Assembly (NCBI GenBank): GCA_944324215.1
Contig: CALUVP010000140.1
Span: 139 to 64,138 of the forward strand
Source: Candidatus Gastranaerophilales bacterium
Lineage (GTDB): Bacteria; Cyanobacteriota; Vampirovibrionia; Gastranaerophilales; Gastranaerophilaceae
Length of the DNA stretch: 64,000 nucleotides
Reading direction: 5' to 3'
Numbering within the stretch: position 1 is the stretch's first letter; each line of letters opens with the position of its first letter. Below the pieces are notes generated by a model. The model saw nothing but the letters and a program-made list of their open reading frames with translations, was not told the origin of the DNA and ran no database searches. Position numbers and translations under genes: made by a program. Below, one piece after another: positions 27,819-37,641 of this stretch.

Positions 27819-30074
27819 TTACGCTTTGTTACTTACTCCCCTTTTTACTTTTCCATACTGTTGTATCTTTGATTCATACAGGTGATTATAATAATTTTTT
27901 GCATCCTTTGAACTAAATAGCGGATTGTTTGATTTTTCTTTGTTTATTCTATCTTCTGCTTTTCTTATTATTGCAATAATATCTTTTACTTCAAACATTC
28001 GTGTGTTATCTACATTACGTTTTTTTAGTAAATAGTTTATATATTTCTTATTGTTTCCGTTAATAAGAAGATACAAATCCAGAGCATCTTTATTAGAAGA
28101 ATTTATATGATATTTTCCTACGGCTCTATCTGCTTTTCTTGTTTCTGCTATTGAAGCAAATATTTCAGGTAACATATCCAATTTCATTTTTGTTGCATTT
28201 GCTTTATATGCATCTTTTTGTGTTGATAAAGTTTTTGAACCTAATTTCTTCTGAATATATAAATATACATCTTGCTTTGTTAAATTTTTCCTACTAAAAA
28301 CTTTTTCTAATTCCTTACTCCTACTACTATACTGTTCTTCTGTTAAAGGAATCGGAATCATATCATCTATTATTCCTGCATAATTCACCGATAATCCAAG
28401 TTGTTCAGATATTTCGGACACTTTTTCTCTTGTTTCTGGAGTTGAAATTTCTTTACTAAATAAGTCATCATATAAAAACTGATTTTCTGCATGATTTGCT
28501 CTTGTTGGACTCGAAACAACATATGATTCAGCTAGATTTCTATAATCTCTTGGTCTTTGTAAAATAGTTTCTATAGATTGAACACGTTCTTTTGCCTCTG
28601 CATTCTTTTTCAAGGTTTTATCCAACTTCTTATCTTCACTAGAAACTACATTCGCAATCTCCTGCAAATCTTTTATATTGTCATTATTTTGCTTATTACT
28701 ATCTATTTGACTTGCATCAGATGACGCTACTTCATTAATTTTTTCTTCTTTTGTAACAATAGCACGTGTATCTTTCAAAGATTCCATATCTTTATATTTT
28801 TTGTATCTTAAAATATTTACTTTATTTCTCACTTTTTTTATAAAATCGTGAAGTTTAGTTCTTGGCTTTACAAAACCATATTGCTCAGAAATTTTTCTGC
28901 TTTCTTTTGACTCTTCAGTTTCAAAAAATGGATTTTCTAGCTCATTTTTTAATGCATTAAGTCTTTCTTCTCCGTGCATTCTAAATATTATCCTTTTTGC
29001 ATTTTCTTTAAAAATGTATAATTTGCTCGAAGGTATTTCTGAAAAAATTTTATTAATACTATTTATGGAAATTACATTATGTGCATGTTTTTGAACAAAA
29101 TATTCTATAAACTTCCTTGCATGCTCATCCTTATCTATTTTTGAAAAGAATTTGTCTAATTCTCTTAGCTGTTCTACTTGCTGTTCATATTCTCCTTCCG
29201 GTACTATAATCTTAGCAAATACATCTAATGCGGTATTGCGTAGTTTTATGTTTTTATCATTACAAGTCTTATAAATATTTAACAAAATTTTATCTGCACC
29301 ACTCGACATCAACTCTTTGTTTATAAATATTCGAGATGAAACATGCTTTAGAAACTGTGCACCAGCTTTAGAATAATTTTCAACAAAATCTCCTGAATTA
29401 AAGTTTTTTGTTTCCGGTAAAATAAATTGTGAACGCAATTTTTCATTATTATACAACCTATCATACTTTTTACGGTCATAAGTACCTGATGCTAACATTT
29501 CATCCAGATTCTTAACAATATCTTTATTTGCACTATTTAATTTTAGATATGATGAATATTTAGGATAATTTCTAACATATTCTTTACTGTTTGGAGACTC
29601 TAAAAGTTCAGGTAACAAATCTGAATAAAAATTAGAATTCTTTTGTAATATTTCATTATTTATCTTTTGAGCAAAAATCAAACGTTTTGTTTTGTTAGCA
29701 GCACCCTTAAATATTCTACTTAAATTTTCAAGAGAACCTTGAAAATTTTCTACCAAATTATTATGTAACGCTTTAGGAAATTTTACTAATTTAAAAATTT
29801 CATTTACTAAGCTTGAATTTTCCCGTTCGCTAACCGCCCTATAATAGTTATGCCTATTATATCTTTCTGTTAAATTTTCTAAAAAACCCATTTTACTAAC
29901 AGAAGCGTTTTTGGTTAATTTAAAAATTTCTGCCCTATCTTGCGAAAGTATACTTGAAACAATATCAGCGTAGTAATTTCTTTGAGCAACAGGTGCGCGC
30001 CTTATAGCTGAAAACCCACGAAACTCAAGATTACAACGTCTTAAATTATCATTTAAATTGTTAATTGAATTCAT
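27819..30074 (-). CDS. Large hypothetical protein
   Basis: Long ORF; AAGGA RBS before ATG 30074; no recognisable motif. Confidence 0.75.
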   Translation of the reverse strand: MNSINNLNDNLRRCNLEFRGFSAIRRAPVAQRNYYADIVSSILSQDRAEIFKLTKNASVSKMGFLENLTERYNRHNYYRAVSERENSSLVNEIFKLVKFPKALHNNLVENFQGSLENLSRIFKGAANKTKRLIFAQKINNEILQKNSNFYSDLLPELLESPNSKEYVRNYPKYSSYLKLNSANKDIVKNLDEMLASGTYDRKKYDRLYNNEKLRSQFILPETKNFNSGDFVENYSKAGAQFLKHVSSRIFINKELMSSGADKILLNIYKTCNDKNIKLRNTALDVFAKIIVPEGEYEQQVEQLRELDKFFSKIDKDEHARKFIEYFVQKHAHNVISINSINKIFSEIPSSKLYIFKENAKRIIFRMHGEERLNALKNELENPFFETEESKESRKISEQYGFVKPRTKLHDFIKKVRNKVNILRYKKYKDMESLKDTRAIVTKEEKINEVASSDASQIDSNKQNNDNIKDLQEIANVVSSEDKKLDKTLKKNAEAKERVQSIETILQRPRDYRNLAESYVVSSPTRANHAENQFLYDDLFSKEISTPETREKVSEISEQLGLSVNYAGIIDDMIPIPLTEEQYSSRSKELEKVFSRKNLTKQDVYLYIQKKLGSKTLSTQKDAYKANATKMKLDMLPEIFASIAETRKADRAVGKYHINSSNKDALDLYLLINGNNKKYINYLLKKRNVDNTRMFEVKDIIAIIRKAEDRINKEKSNNPLFSSKDAKNYYNHLYESKIQQYGKVKRGVSNKA

Positions 30075-30164
30075 ACACATTCCTTTTTTTGTTATAAAGT
30101 TACACAACACACTATATTGAATAAAACCTATAAAAATTTTTTTTGCTACTTTTTTGTAAAATAT

Positions 30165-31187
30165 TTACATATTGTTTATGTAATTCAAACAAGCTTCTTC
30201 AGAAGTATAATTTAGAATAGTATAATATGAATTTTTTAGTATATCATTTTGGCAATTATAATTAATAATTTCCTTAATTATACCTTCTCTCCAATAAAAT
30301 CCATTTTTTCTATCTTTAATAATTCCAGCCACACCATCATTTTCAGAACAAATCGTAATACATCCCGATGCCATTGCTTCCAAATAGACCATACCAAACG
30401 TTTCATTAACACTTGGAAGCGCAAAAATATCGGATTCTCTCATTTTTTCCAAAACTTTTTCATGTTCTAACCAGCCCATAAATATAGGTTTTTCGGACAT
30501 ACCCCTTAAATACTCAAATTCTTTACCGTCACCTATTATTGTTAATTCTACATCCAAATTTTCACATTCTTTTATAACTTTATCGACATTTTTTCGTTTG
30601 ATTAAATTTGCACATACAAGAACCTTTATTTTGGTATCTCTATTCCATTCCTTTTTAACAATCGGACAGCTTATACCGGAATAACAAACAAAAGTTTTAT
30701 CTTTATATTCAGGATACAACTTCAAAAACTTACTTTTGACAACTTCAGAGCGGCAAGCAATTTTCCTTGAATTTTTATAAGCTTTTTCAAGCTCCGTTTT
30801 AAAATAAATCGAGTACAAAGGATTAGTTAAAACCTCTAAATCAGAAACATGTACTCCCGCAACGAAATCTAATCCTAAACGATTAGCAAAAATTATTCCG
30901 CTTGGCATGTGGGCAATTATTTTATCAGGCTCAAATTCGGTTTTTATTTTCTTTTTAATATCACCTAAAAATGGCAGAAAATAATTAATATTTTCTACAT
31001 TTCCATAAAATCCGCTTTTATAAAAAGGCTTTTTCCTAATAAAAGAATTTAAAAGAAAATTAGGTTTAATTACCCGAACTTCATGCCCTAAATTTTCCCA
31101 ACCTTGAACGAAATTCTGAATAGTTTTAGGCGTAAATTTTTCATTTTCTCTAATCGGATACAAATCTGTGATAACAAGAATTTTCAT
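30165..31187 (-). CDS. Glycosyltransferase family 4
   Basis: MKILVITDLYP, ETFGMVYLEAMASG. Confidence 0.85.
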   Translation of the reverse strand: MKILVITDLYPIRENEKFTPKTIQNFVQGWENLGHEVRVIKPNFLLNSFIRKKPFYKSGFYGNVENINYFLPFLGDIKKKIKTEFEPDKIIAHMPSGIIFANRLGLDFVAGVHVSDLEVLTNPLYSIYFKTELEKAYKNSRKIACRSEVVKSKFLKLYPEYKDKTFVCYSGISCPIVKKEWNRDTKIKVLVCANLIKRKNVDKVIKECENLDVELTIIGDGKEFEYLRGMSEKPIFMGWLEHEKVLEKMRESDIFALPSVNETFGMVYLEAMASGCITICSENDGVAGIIKDRKNGFYWREGIIKEIINYNCQNDILKNSYYTILNYTSEEACLNYINNM

Positions 31188-32059
31188 TATATATCAGTAT
31201 ATTTATTCCTTTCAAAGCACAAAATATTTATTAAAGAAAAAATCATAACTACAACAAGTAACACAACCGCAAGTGCTGATGCGTAACCCAAATCAAGATT
31301 TTCAAAAGCTCTTTCATAAATATAGTAAACAATGGTTTTAGTAGAATTTAAAGGTCCGCCTTTTGTCATAACATAAATTTCCGCAAAAACTTTCATCGCA
31401 GAAATTGTACTTATTGTAGACACTAAAGCTATTGTAGGCATTATATGAGGAACAGTGACTGTAAGGTGTTTTGTTAAAAAATTTGCCCCGTCAATATCAC
31501 ATGCTTCATACAAATCCTGAGGAACACTCATTAAGGAAGCAAGATAAATCATCATATAATATCCAACCCCTTTCCAAATAGTTACCAAAGCGACTGAAAA
31601 CAATGCCCAGTTGGTATCAACAAGCCAGCCTATCGGCTTAAGGTGAAATATTGACAAAATATAATTCAAAACTCCCTGACTTGCATAAAGCCATTTGAAA
31701 GCAATTGCTGCTACTACAATTGATACAATAACAGGAAGATATAAAAGAATTTTGTAAAGAGTTATTCCCCTTATTTTTTGATTTATTAATATTGCAAGAA
31801 ACAGTGGAAATATTACAAGAAAAGGAACTGCAATTATCAAATACATAAAAGTATTAAACATGACCTTATAGAAAATCGGTTCTTTAAATAATTTTACGTA
31901 ATTGTCTACCCCGCAAAAAGAAGGATTGTAGAGACTTGATGAATAATCAAAAAAACTTAATCCGAAAGTTTGAAAAAATGGTATAAAAAAGAACACGATT
32001 AATACAGCAAGTGCAGGAATTAAAAATAAATATGGTGTGTATTTTTTGTAATAATTCAT
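31187..32059 (-). CDS. Carbohydrate ABC transporter permease
   Basis: EAA loop LYEACDIDGA, MTKGGP, six TM segments. Confidence 0.9.
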   Translation of the reverse strand: MNYYKKYTPYLFLIPALAVLIVFFFIPFFQTFGLSFFDYSSSLYNPSFCGVDNYVKLFKEPIFYKVMFNTFMYLIIAVPFLVIFPLFLAILINQKIRGITLYKILLYLPVIVSIVVAAIAFKWLYASQGVLNYILSIFHLKPIGWLVDTNWALFSVALVTIWKGVGYYMMIYLASLMSVPQDLYEACDIDGANFLTKHLTVTVPHIMPTIALVSTISTISAMKVFAEIYVMTKGGPLNSTKTIVYYIYERAFENLDLGYASALAVVLLVVVMIFSLINILCFERNKYTDI

Positions 32060-32329
32060 AAGTTAATTATCTCATTTGGAATATTTGTGGTCAATATTAT
32101 TTTTGTTTTTTTAAAAGCTAATTCTATTAAAACAATTGTAATAAGAGGATGTCACTATGAATAGGGTTTGTCAATATGGTTTATGTGTATTTTAAACGTA
32201 AATTTTTGTTAAATCGGATTTATATTAATAACCGTGGGAAGCATGGGGAATTGTAAAATTTTTTACGAAATTCTTTACTTGATAAAAAGATTAGAAAATT
32301 ATACTATATACACATACCTGAAAGGAGTG

Positions 32330-32510
32330 ATGGCTACAAGACTTGGGAAAGGTAAAAGATAGAAAAATTTTATAAAACTTTTCTAAAAAATTACCTGATG
32401 GAGAGATAAAAATTTTAACAAATTATTTTGAATTTTTGACAACACAAATCAATTTTAGAAAGAGAGACATTTACCTAAAAAAAGAATTGTTTTATATCAC
32501 AAATCAATAG
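32330..32510 (+). pseudogene. Possible frameshifted gene remnant
   Basis: TTGATA-17-TACTAT promoter and GAAAGGAG RBS before ATG 32330, but the frame stops after 10 codons; another frame continues KLPDGEIKILTNYF... Confidence 0.3.
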
Positions 32511-32561
32511 AGATTTGAGGAAAGTTAATTTTTGGGGTAGGAGATTATTGGGTTAAAAAAT

Positions 32562-32590
32562 GACCTTCCTAAAATAGGAAGGTCTATTTT
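32562..32590. terminator. Bidirectional intrinsic terminator
   Basis: GACCTTCCTA-AAA-TAGGAAGGTC flanked by A and T runs. Confidence 0.7.
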
Positions 32591-32756
32591 TATTGATATA
32601 CTTGTTATTTTGTAACAATCTCTCCTTCGAGTGAATGCATTGATATTTTGCTTCTTGTTCGAAGATTCCAATGTACATCTCAGCTTAATAGGGAAACTTG
32701 ATAATAAACCCAATTCCGAGTTAGGTTGTATTTTTTCAATATCCATTTTCGGAATT

Positions 32757-33158
32757 TTAATAACAATTCAATTCCTTATGCTCAAGTACACCATCAGGAT
32801 TATAATCTTTTATAAGCTTTGTTTTTTGGTTCTGGCAACAATACTTAGTATAATCCTTGTCTATAGTAATCCTGTCACCACCCATGATACTTCCATTTGG
32901 TTCTCGGGTAATTTTTTTGGTACGCCATATAGATTCAAATCCTCTTTCATCAGCTATGGACAATCGTGTTGTTCCATCTTCTAATCTACGCCAAATAGCA
33001 GTAGCTTCTTGTCCATTATTGTTGATTGGACGCATCATTCTAATAACATCTCCCGCATCATTAGTAAAAACTTTTGTTCTGTGTGCGTGTTTCATTTTAC
33101 TTCCTGCTTTTACGGTTTGTTCACCTAAAAATCCAAAAACTTTCCCGATACTTACCAT
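32757..33158 (-). CDS. Hypothetical protein, possibly truncated at the C-terminus
   Basis: AGGAG RBS; about 170 bp of broken reading frames before the terminator. Confidence 0.6.
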   Translation of the reverse strand: MVSIGKVFGFLGEQTVKAGSKMKHAHRTKVFTNDAGDVIRMMRPINNNGQEATAIWRRLEDGTTRLSIADERGFESIWRTKKITREPNGSIMGGDRITIDKDYTKYCCQNQKTKLIKDYNPDGVLEHKELNCY

Positions 33159-33286
33159 CTTTTGATTCTCCTATTCTAATTCAATTCCTCATCCTATATT
33201 TACATAAAGTATTAGAAAAATAAAAATTTGCTTTTTTTATTATAAATATTAAATTTTATTACAACAATTATGATATAATTCAAACT

Positions 33287-34402
33287 ATGGAAGAAAAAGA
33301 GACAAAAAAAGTTATCGGTCTTATGTCGGGAACTTCCTGCGATTCAATCGATGCAGGACTTTGTGAAGTTAATCCGGATATGTCAGTTAAGCTTGTTCAC
33401 GGAATAAATTATTCTTATCCTGAACATATTAGAGCAAAACTTTTTTCAGCTTTCCGAGGAGAAATTTCTATTAAAGAACTCTGTCAACTGAATTTTGCAG
33501 TCGGAAAATGTTTTGCAAATGCTGCAAACGTTCTGATTGAAGAATTTGGAAAACCTGATTTAATCTCAAGCCACGGACAGACCGTTTATCATTATCCTTA
33601 TGATGAAAAACTTGATAATATTTCTCTAAAAAGCACACTACAAATCGGAGAAAGCTCAATTATCGCAAAAGATACGGGATGTATGGTTGTATCAAACTTT
33701 AGAGAAAGTGATATCGCACTTGGCGGTCAGGGTGCACCTTTGGTTTGCTTTGCAGACGAAAAGTGGTTTAAAAATTCTCTAGTTCAAAATATCGGGGGAA
33801 TATCAAATGTAACAGTTGTTTCGGATGATTGTGAAACTTTCGGTTTTGATACGGGATGCGGAAACATCATGATAGATTATTGCGTCCAGAAATTCTTCGG
33901 GGGAAAATACGATAAAGACGGAAAGATTGCAGCTTCAGGAAATATTTGTGAAAGTTGGTTAGACTGCCTTTTGCAGGACGAGTATTATTTTCTTGAGCCT
34001 CCTAAAACAACGGGAAGAGAATATTTTTCTAACAAATACATAGAAAACATTCTAAAAACCGCACCATCTGAGCCTAAAGACATAATTACAACTCTAACGG
34101 CACTTACTGCAAAAACAATTGCACAAGCTTATGAAAGATTTGTTTATCCTCAAGTGCATGCTGATACCGTAATAATTGGTGGCGGAGGAGCTTACAACAA
34201 AACTATGATGAAGTTTTTAAGAAATTATTTGCCTAAAAGAATAGAGCTTAAAACGCATGAGGATTATGGAATTTCTAATAACTTCAAAGAAGTTATGGCA
34301 TTTGCTCTTCTTGGGTATTGTACTTATTATGGGATTCCAAACAATGTTCCGTCTTGTACCGGAGCGGATAAAAGGACTGTTTTGGGAAAAATTACTTACT
34401 AA
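33287..34402 (+). CDS. anmK: Anhydro-N-acetylmuramic acid kinase
   Basis: GLMSGTSCD, SHGQT, GGQGAPL, NIGGISN, FDTGCGN, PKTTGRE. Confidence 0.93.
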   Translation: MEEKETKKVIGLMSGTSCDSIDAGLCEVNPDMSVKLVHGINYSYPEHIRAKLFSAFRGEISIKELCQLNFAVGKCFANAANVLIEEFGKPDLISSHGQTVYHYPYDEKLDNISLKSTLQIGESSIIAKDTGCMVVSNFRESDIALGGQGAPLVCFADEKWFKNSLVQNIGGISNVTVVSDDCETFGFDTGCGNIMIDYCVQKFFGGKYDKDGKIAASGNICESWLDCLLQDEYYFLEPPKTTGREYFSNKYIENILKTAPSEPKDIITTLTALTAKTIAQAYERFVYPQVHADTVIIGGGGAYNKTMMKFLRNYLPKRIELKTHEDYGISNNFKEVMAFALLGYCTYYGIPNNVPSCTGADKRTVLGKITY

Positions 34403-34404
34403 AA

Positions 34405-34956
34405 TTAGTGATATTTGTTGTAAAGAAGCTGAATATCCGAATTTGTTAAATATTGCATTGAGTCTAAATCCTGAGGATACATAATACTTTTGGGGTCTAA
34501 AGAATGTCCTAAACCTATTGCATGACCTGCTTCGTGTAACATAACTCCATATATATGTTCCTTAGGACGCGTAACAAGCTTTCTTACATACTTTCTGTTT
34601 TCGTATTTTCTAATGTACTCTTTAGTACCAATGGTTACATAAGATTTATAATAATTTCTCTTTTTTGTAAGTATCTCTGTACAGCCAACAGCTCTAATAT
34701 CGTTACAATTTGAGACAAAATCAACAAATTCAACCTCTATATTAGCACTGTCCGGCTTGTCTACAAATTTAAAACGCACAAGCCCACCGGATTGTCTTTC
34801 CCAAGTTTGAAAAGCCTGTACCATTAATTTGCTCATATTTCCGTATTCAGGAACATAAACATAGATAGGAAGCCCTACCCAACGCGGATTTTCTGCACCT
34901 ATACAAAAAAGGGTGGTTATTATTAGAATAAATGTTGATAACAAAATCTTCTTCAT
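34405..34956 (-). CDS. Matrixin family (M10) metalloprotease, exported
   Basis: HEAGHAIGLGHS, Met-turn SIMYP, signal peptide. Confidence 0.85.
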   Translation of the reverse strand: MKKILLSTFILIITTLFCIGAENPRWVGLPIYVYVPEYGNMSKLMVQAFQTWERQSGGLVRFKFVDKPDSANIEVEFVDFVSNCNDIRAVGCTEILTKKRNYYKSYVTIGTKEYIRKYENRKYVRKLVTRPKEHIYGVMLHEAGHAIGLGHSLDPKSIMYPQDLDSMQYLTNSDIQLLYNKYH

Positions 34957-35015
34957 ATTTTTATTTTAACATTTTTTTAGGATTATTGAAGTACATTTGA
35001 TATTTACAATAATTA

Positions 35016-35279
35016 TTACTCTTCCGGATTTAAAAAATTTGCAGGTAATTCATTTTCTAAATTTTCAGCAAATTCAACCAGGGTAATATTATATGCTTTT
35101 AATATTTTATATAATGAAAATAATTTGATATTTCTTTTTCCATTCTCAATATCATTTAATGTTGATGTTGAAATCTCATATTCATTACAAAACAAATTCA
35201 AACTTTTACCCGTTTTGAATCTTATATTTTTTAAAATCTTTGCAACCGTGTTTGATAAAATTTTTTCTTGCTCTTGCAT
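35016..35279 (-). CDS. XRE family HTH regulator
   Basis: ISTSTLNDIENGKRNIKL. Confidence 0.8.
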   Translation of the reverse strand: MQEQEKILSNTVAKILKNIRFKTGKSLNLFCNEYEISTSTLNDIENGKRNIKLFSLYKILKAYNITLVEFAENLENELPANFLNPEE

Positions 35280-35307
35280 AAATATTATTTTAGTAGTATC
35301 TTAGATT

Positions 35308-35335
35308 TACCGTATCCCGTATACGGGATACGGTA
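35308..35335. promoter_or_regulatory. Perfect 28-bp palindrome, probable operator
   Basis: TACCGTATCCCGTA|TACGGGATACGGTA between the divergent XRE and HAD-like genes. Confidence 0.7.
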
Positions 35336-35349
35336 GAATGGAGATTGTT

Positions 35350-35682
35350 ATGAAAAAAACAATTTTAATTGATTTAGATGGAGTAATAAATAATTATACT
35401 GGGAACTTTGATATTAGTTTTATTCCAGGAATTAAAAAGGGCGCTCGAGAATTTCTGTTTGAATTAGCTAAAAATTTTGAGATTAAAATCTTTACCACAA
35501 GAAACAAAATTCTCGCAGCAAAATGGATAATAGAAGAAAATCTAGATGGAATAATCACAGATATTACAGATAGAAAGGAATTAAGTTATTTGTATATTGA
35601 CGATAGATGCGTAAATTTTAACGGTAACTACAGTGATTTAATAAAATCAATTAAAGCTTTTAAACCTTGGTATAAAAGTTAA
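35350..35682 (+). CDS. Small HAD-superfamily protein
   Basis: ILIDLDGVI, FTTR, YIDDR. Confidence 0.75.
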   Translation: MKKTILIDLDGVINNYTGNFDISFIPGIKKGAREFLFELAKNFEIKIFTTRNKILAAKWIIEENLDGIITDITDRKELSYLYIDDRCVNFNGNYSDLIKSIKAFKPWYKS

Positions 35683-35689
35683 AAATTCA

Positions 35690-36916
35690 CTATAATTTCC
35701 GCAAAATAACTGAAGTATTTATCCCGCCAAAGGCAAAATTATTTGTCATTACATATTCTGTGTCAATAATTCTGCCCTCATCTTTTATATAATCCAACTT
35801 TCCACAGTTTTCGTCAATATTTTTAAGATTTAAAGTCGGACAGAACCATTTATTATTCATCATCTCGATTGATAAAATTGTTTCTATAGCACCGCAAGCA
35901 CCAAGCGTATGCCCAGTATAACTCTTGATTGAACTTATCGGAATTTCTCTTTCAAAAACATTTTCTGTAGCAGAAGTCTCGGCAATATCACCGTTGATAG
36001 TCGCAGTCCCGTGAGCGTTAACGTATCCGACCATATTTGGAGAAATTTTTGCATCTGTTAAAGAAAGCTTCATAACTTCTGCCATCATATCCTTATTAGG
36101 ATTAGTAATATGAGTACCGTCAGTATTTGTTGCAAAACCTGCTATTTCAGCGTAAATTTTCGCACCTCTTGCTTTTGCTCTTTCATACTCTTCCAAAACT
36201 AAAGTTCCTGCACCTTCTCCGATTACGAGCCCATCTCTGTCTTTGTCAAAAGGGGATGGAGTTAACTCAGGAGTATCATTTTTTCCGCTTGTTGCGTAAA
36301 GAGTGTCAAACACTCCAACCTGTGTCGGATGAATTTCTTCCGCTCCGCCTGCTAACATTACATCCTGATAACCGTCTCTTATGGCTTCATAAGCGTATCC
36401 GATACTCATTGAACCTGAGGTACAAGCAGTTGATGCAGGAATTAAACGTCCGTGGGTTTTGAAGTACAAAGAAATATTTACGGCAGTGGTTTGAGGCATC
36501 ATTTTAATGTAAGAGCCTGAATTTAAGAGTTTTACTTCTTTATCTATACACATTGAATAGAAATCCAAAATCGCATCCAAAGAACCGGTGGAAGATCCGT
36601 AACTTACTCCTGTCCTTCCATTTGTAATAATTTCATCTCCTAAAAGTCCTGCATCTTTAAGAGCTTCTTCTGCAGTTACTACACTCATCAAGGCAACTTC
36701 ACCCATAGTACGTCTTACTTTTCTTGTAAAATGCTCAGGAACAACAAATCCTTCAACAAAAGAGCCGAGTTTTGAATTTAATCTCTCATATTCATCAAGC
36801 TTGTCCCATCTTTTAACACAATTCTTGTATACCTTAAGACGATTAAAAGCCTCTTCTACAGTAGAGCCAAGAGGAGAAGTGATACCTCTTCCTGTTATAA
36901 CAACTCTTCTTGTCAT
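35690..36916 (-). CDS. Beta-ketoacyl-ACP synthase (FabF-like, aryl-polyene ApeR type)
   Basis: TACTSGS, NAHGTAT, KSYTGHTLGACG, NNFAFGGIN. Confidence 0.88.
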   Translation of the reverse strand: MTRRVVITGRGITSPLGSTVEEAFNRLKVYKNCVKRWDKLDEYERLNSKLGSFVEGFVVPEHFTRKVRRTMGEVALMSVVTAEEALKDAGLLGDEIITNGRTGVSYGSSTGSLDAILDFYSMCIDKEVKLLNSGSYIKMMPQTTAVNISLYFKTHGRLIPASTACTSGSMSIGYAYEAIRDGYQDVMLAGGAEEIHPTQVGVFDTLYATSGKNDTPELTPSPFDKDRDGLVIGEGAGTLVLEEYERAKARGAKIYAEIAGFATNTDGTHITNPNKDMMAEVMKLSLTDAKISPNMVGYVNAHGTATINGDIAETSATENVFEREIPISSIKSYTGHTLGACGAIETILSIEMMNNKWFCPTLNLKNIDENCGKLDYIKDEGRIIDTEYVMTNNFAFGGINTSVILRKL

Positions 36917-37641
36917 AAATAAAGTCCTCCGTTAACTGCAATTACCTGTCCTGTTATGTATCCTGCATCATCACTCATTAGGTAATTAACCAAACTTGCA
37001 ACTTCACGAACAGAACCCATTCTCTTCATCGGGATTTGCTTTACAGCTTCCTCAGGTAAATCTTCAGTCATCTCAGTATCAATCATGCCGGGAGCAATAC
37101 AATTTACAGTAATCTTACGCTTTGCAACTTCTTGACTCAAAGCCTTTGCGGCACCGATTAAGCCAGCTTTTGAGGCACTGTAATTAACCTGACCTCTGTT
37201 TCCACATTGGCCTGAAATTGAGGACATTACAATAATTCTTCCCTTTTTCTGCTGAATCATCGGCATAATTAGAGGTTTTAATACGTTATAAAATCCGTCC
37301 AAATTTGTTCTTAAAACATCATCCCACTCATTTTCTTCCATAGCGGGAAAAGGATTATCCTTTGCTATTCCTGCATTAAGAACAACTCCATAATACATGC
37401 CGTTTTTTTCAATATCATCAAAAAGAATTTCCTTAGCCTGCTCTCTGTTTTTTATATCAAAAGCTAAAGCTCTTGTATCTACACCCTTCTTCTCAATTTC
37501 TTTTTGGAGTTCACTAAGTCTCTCGGGATTTTTCGAGCAATGCAAAACTATATTATAACCGCTATTTGCGAGATATAAAGCTACACTTTTACCTATTCCT
37601 CTGCTTGCACCTGTTACTAAAACCCATTTATTCACTTTCAA
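36913..37641 (-). CDS. fabG: 3-oxoacyl-ACP reductase
   Basis: TGASRGIG, LNAGI, GNRGQVNYSASK. Confidence 0.88.
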   Translation of the reverse strand: MKVNKWVLVTGASRGIGKSVALYLANSGYNIVLHCSKNPERLSELQKEIEKKGVDTRALAFDIKNREQAKEILFDDIEKNGMYYGVVLNAGIAKDNPFPAMEENEWDDVLRTNLDGFYNVLKPLIMPMIQQKKGRIIVMSSISGQCGNRGQVNYSASKAGLIGAAKALSQEVAKRKITVNCIAPGMIDTEMTEDLPEEAVKQIPMKRMGSVREVASLVNYLMSDDAGYITGQVIAVNGGLYL

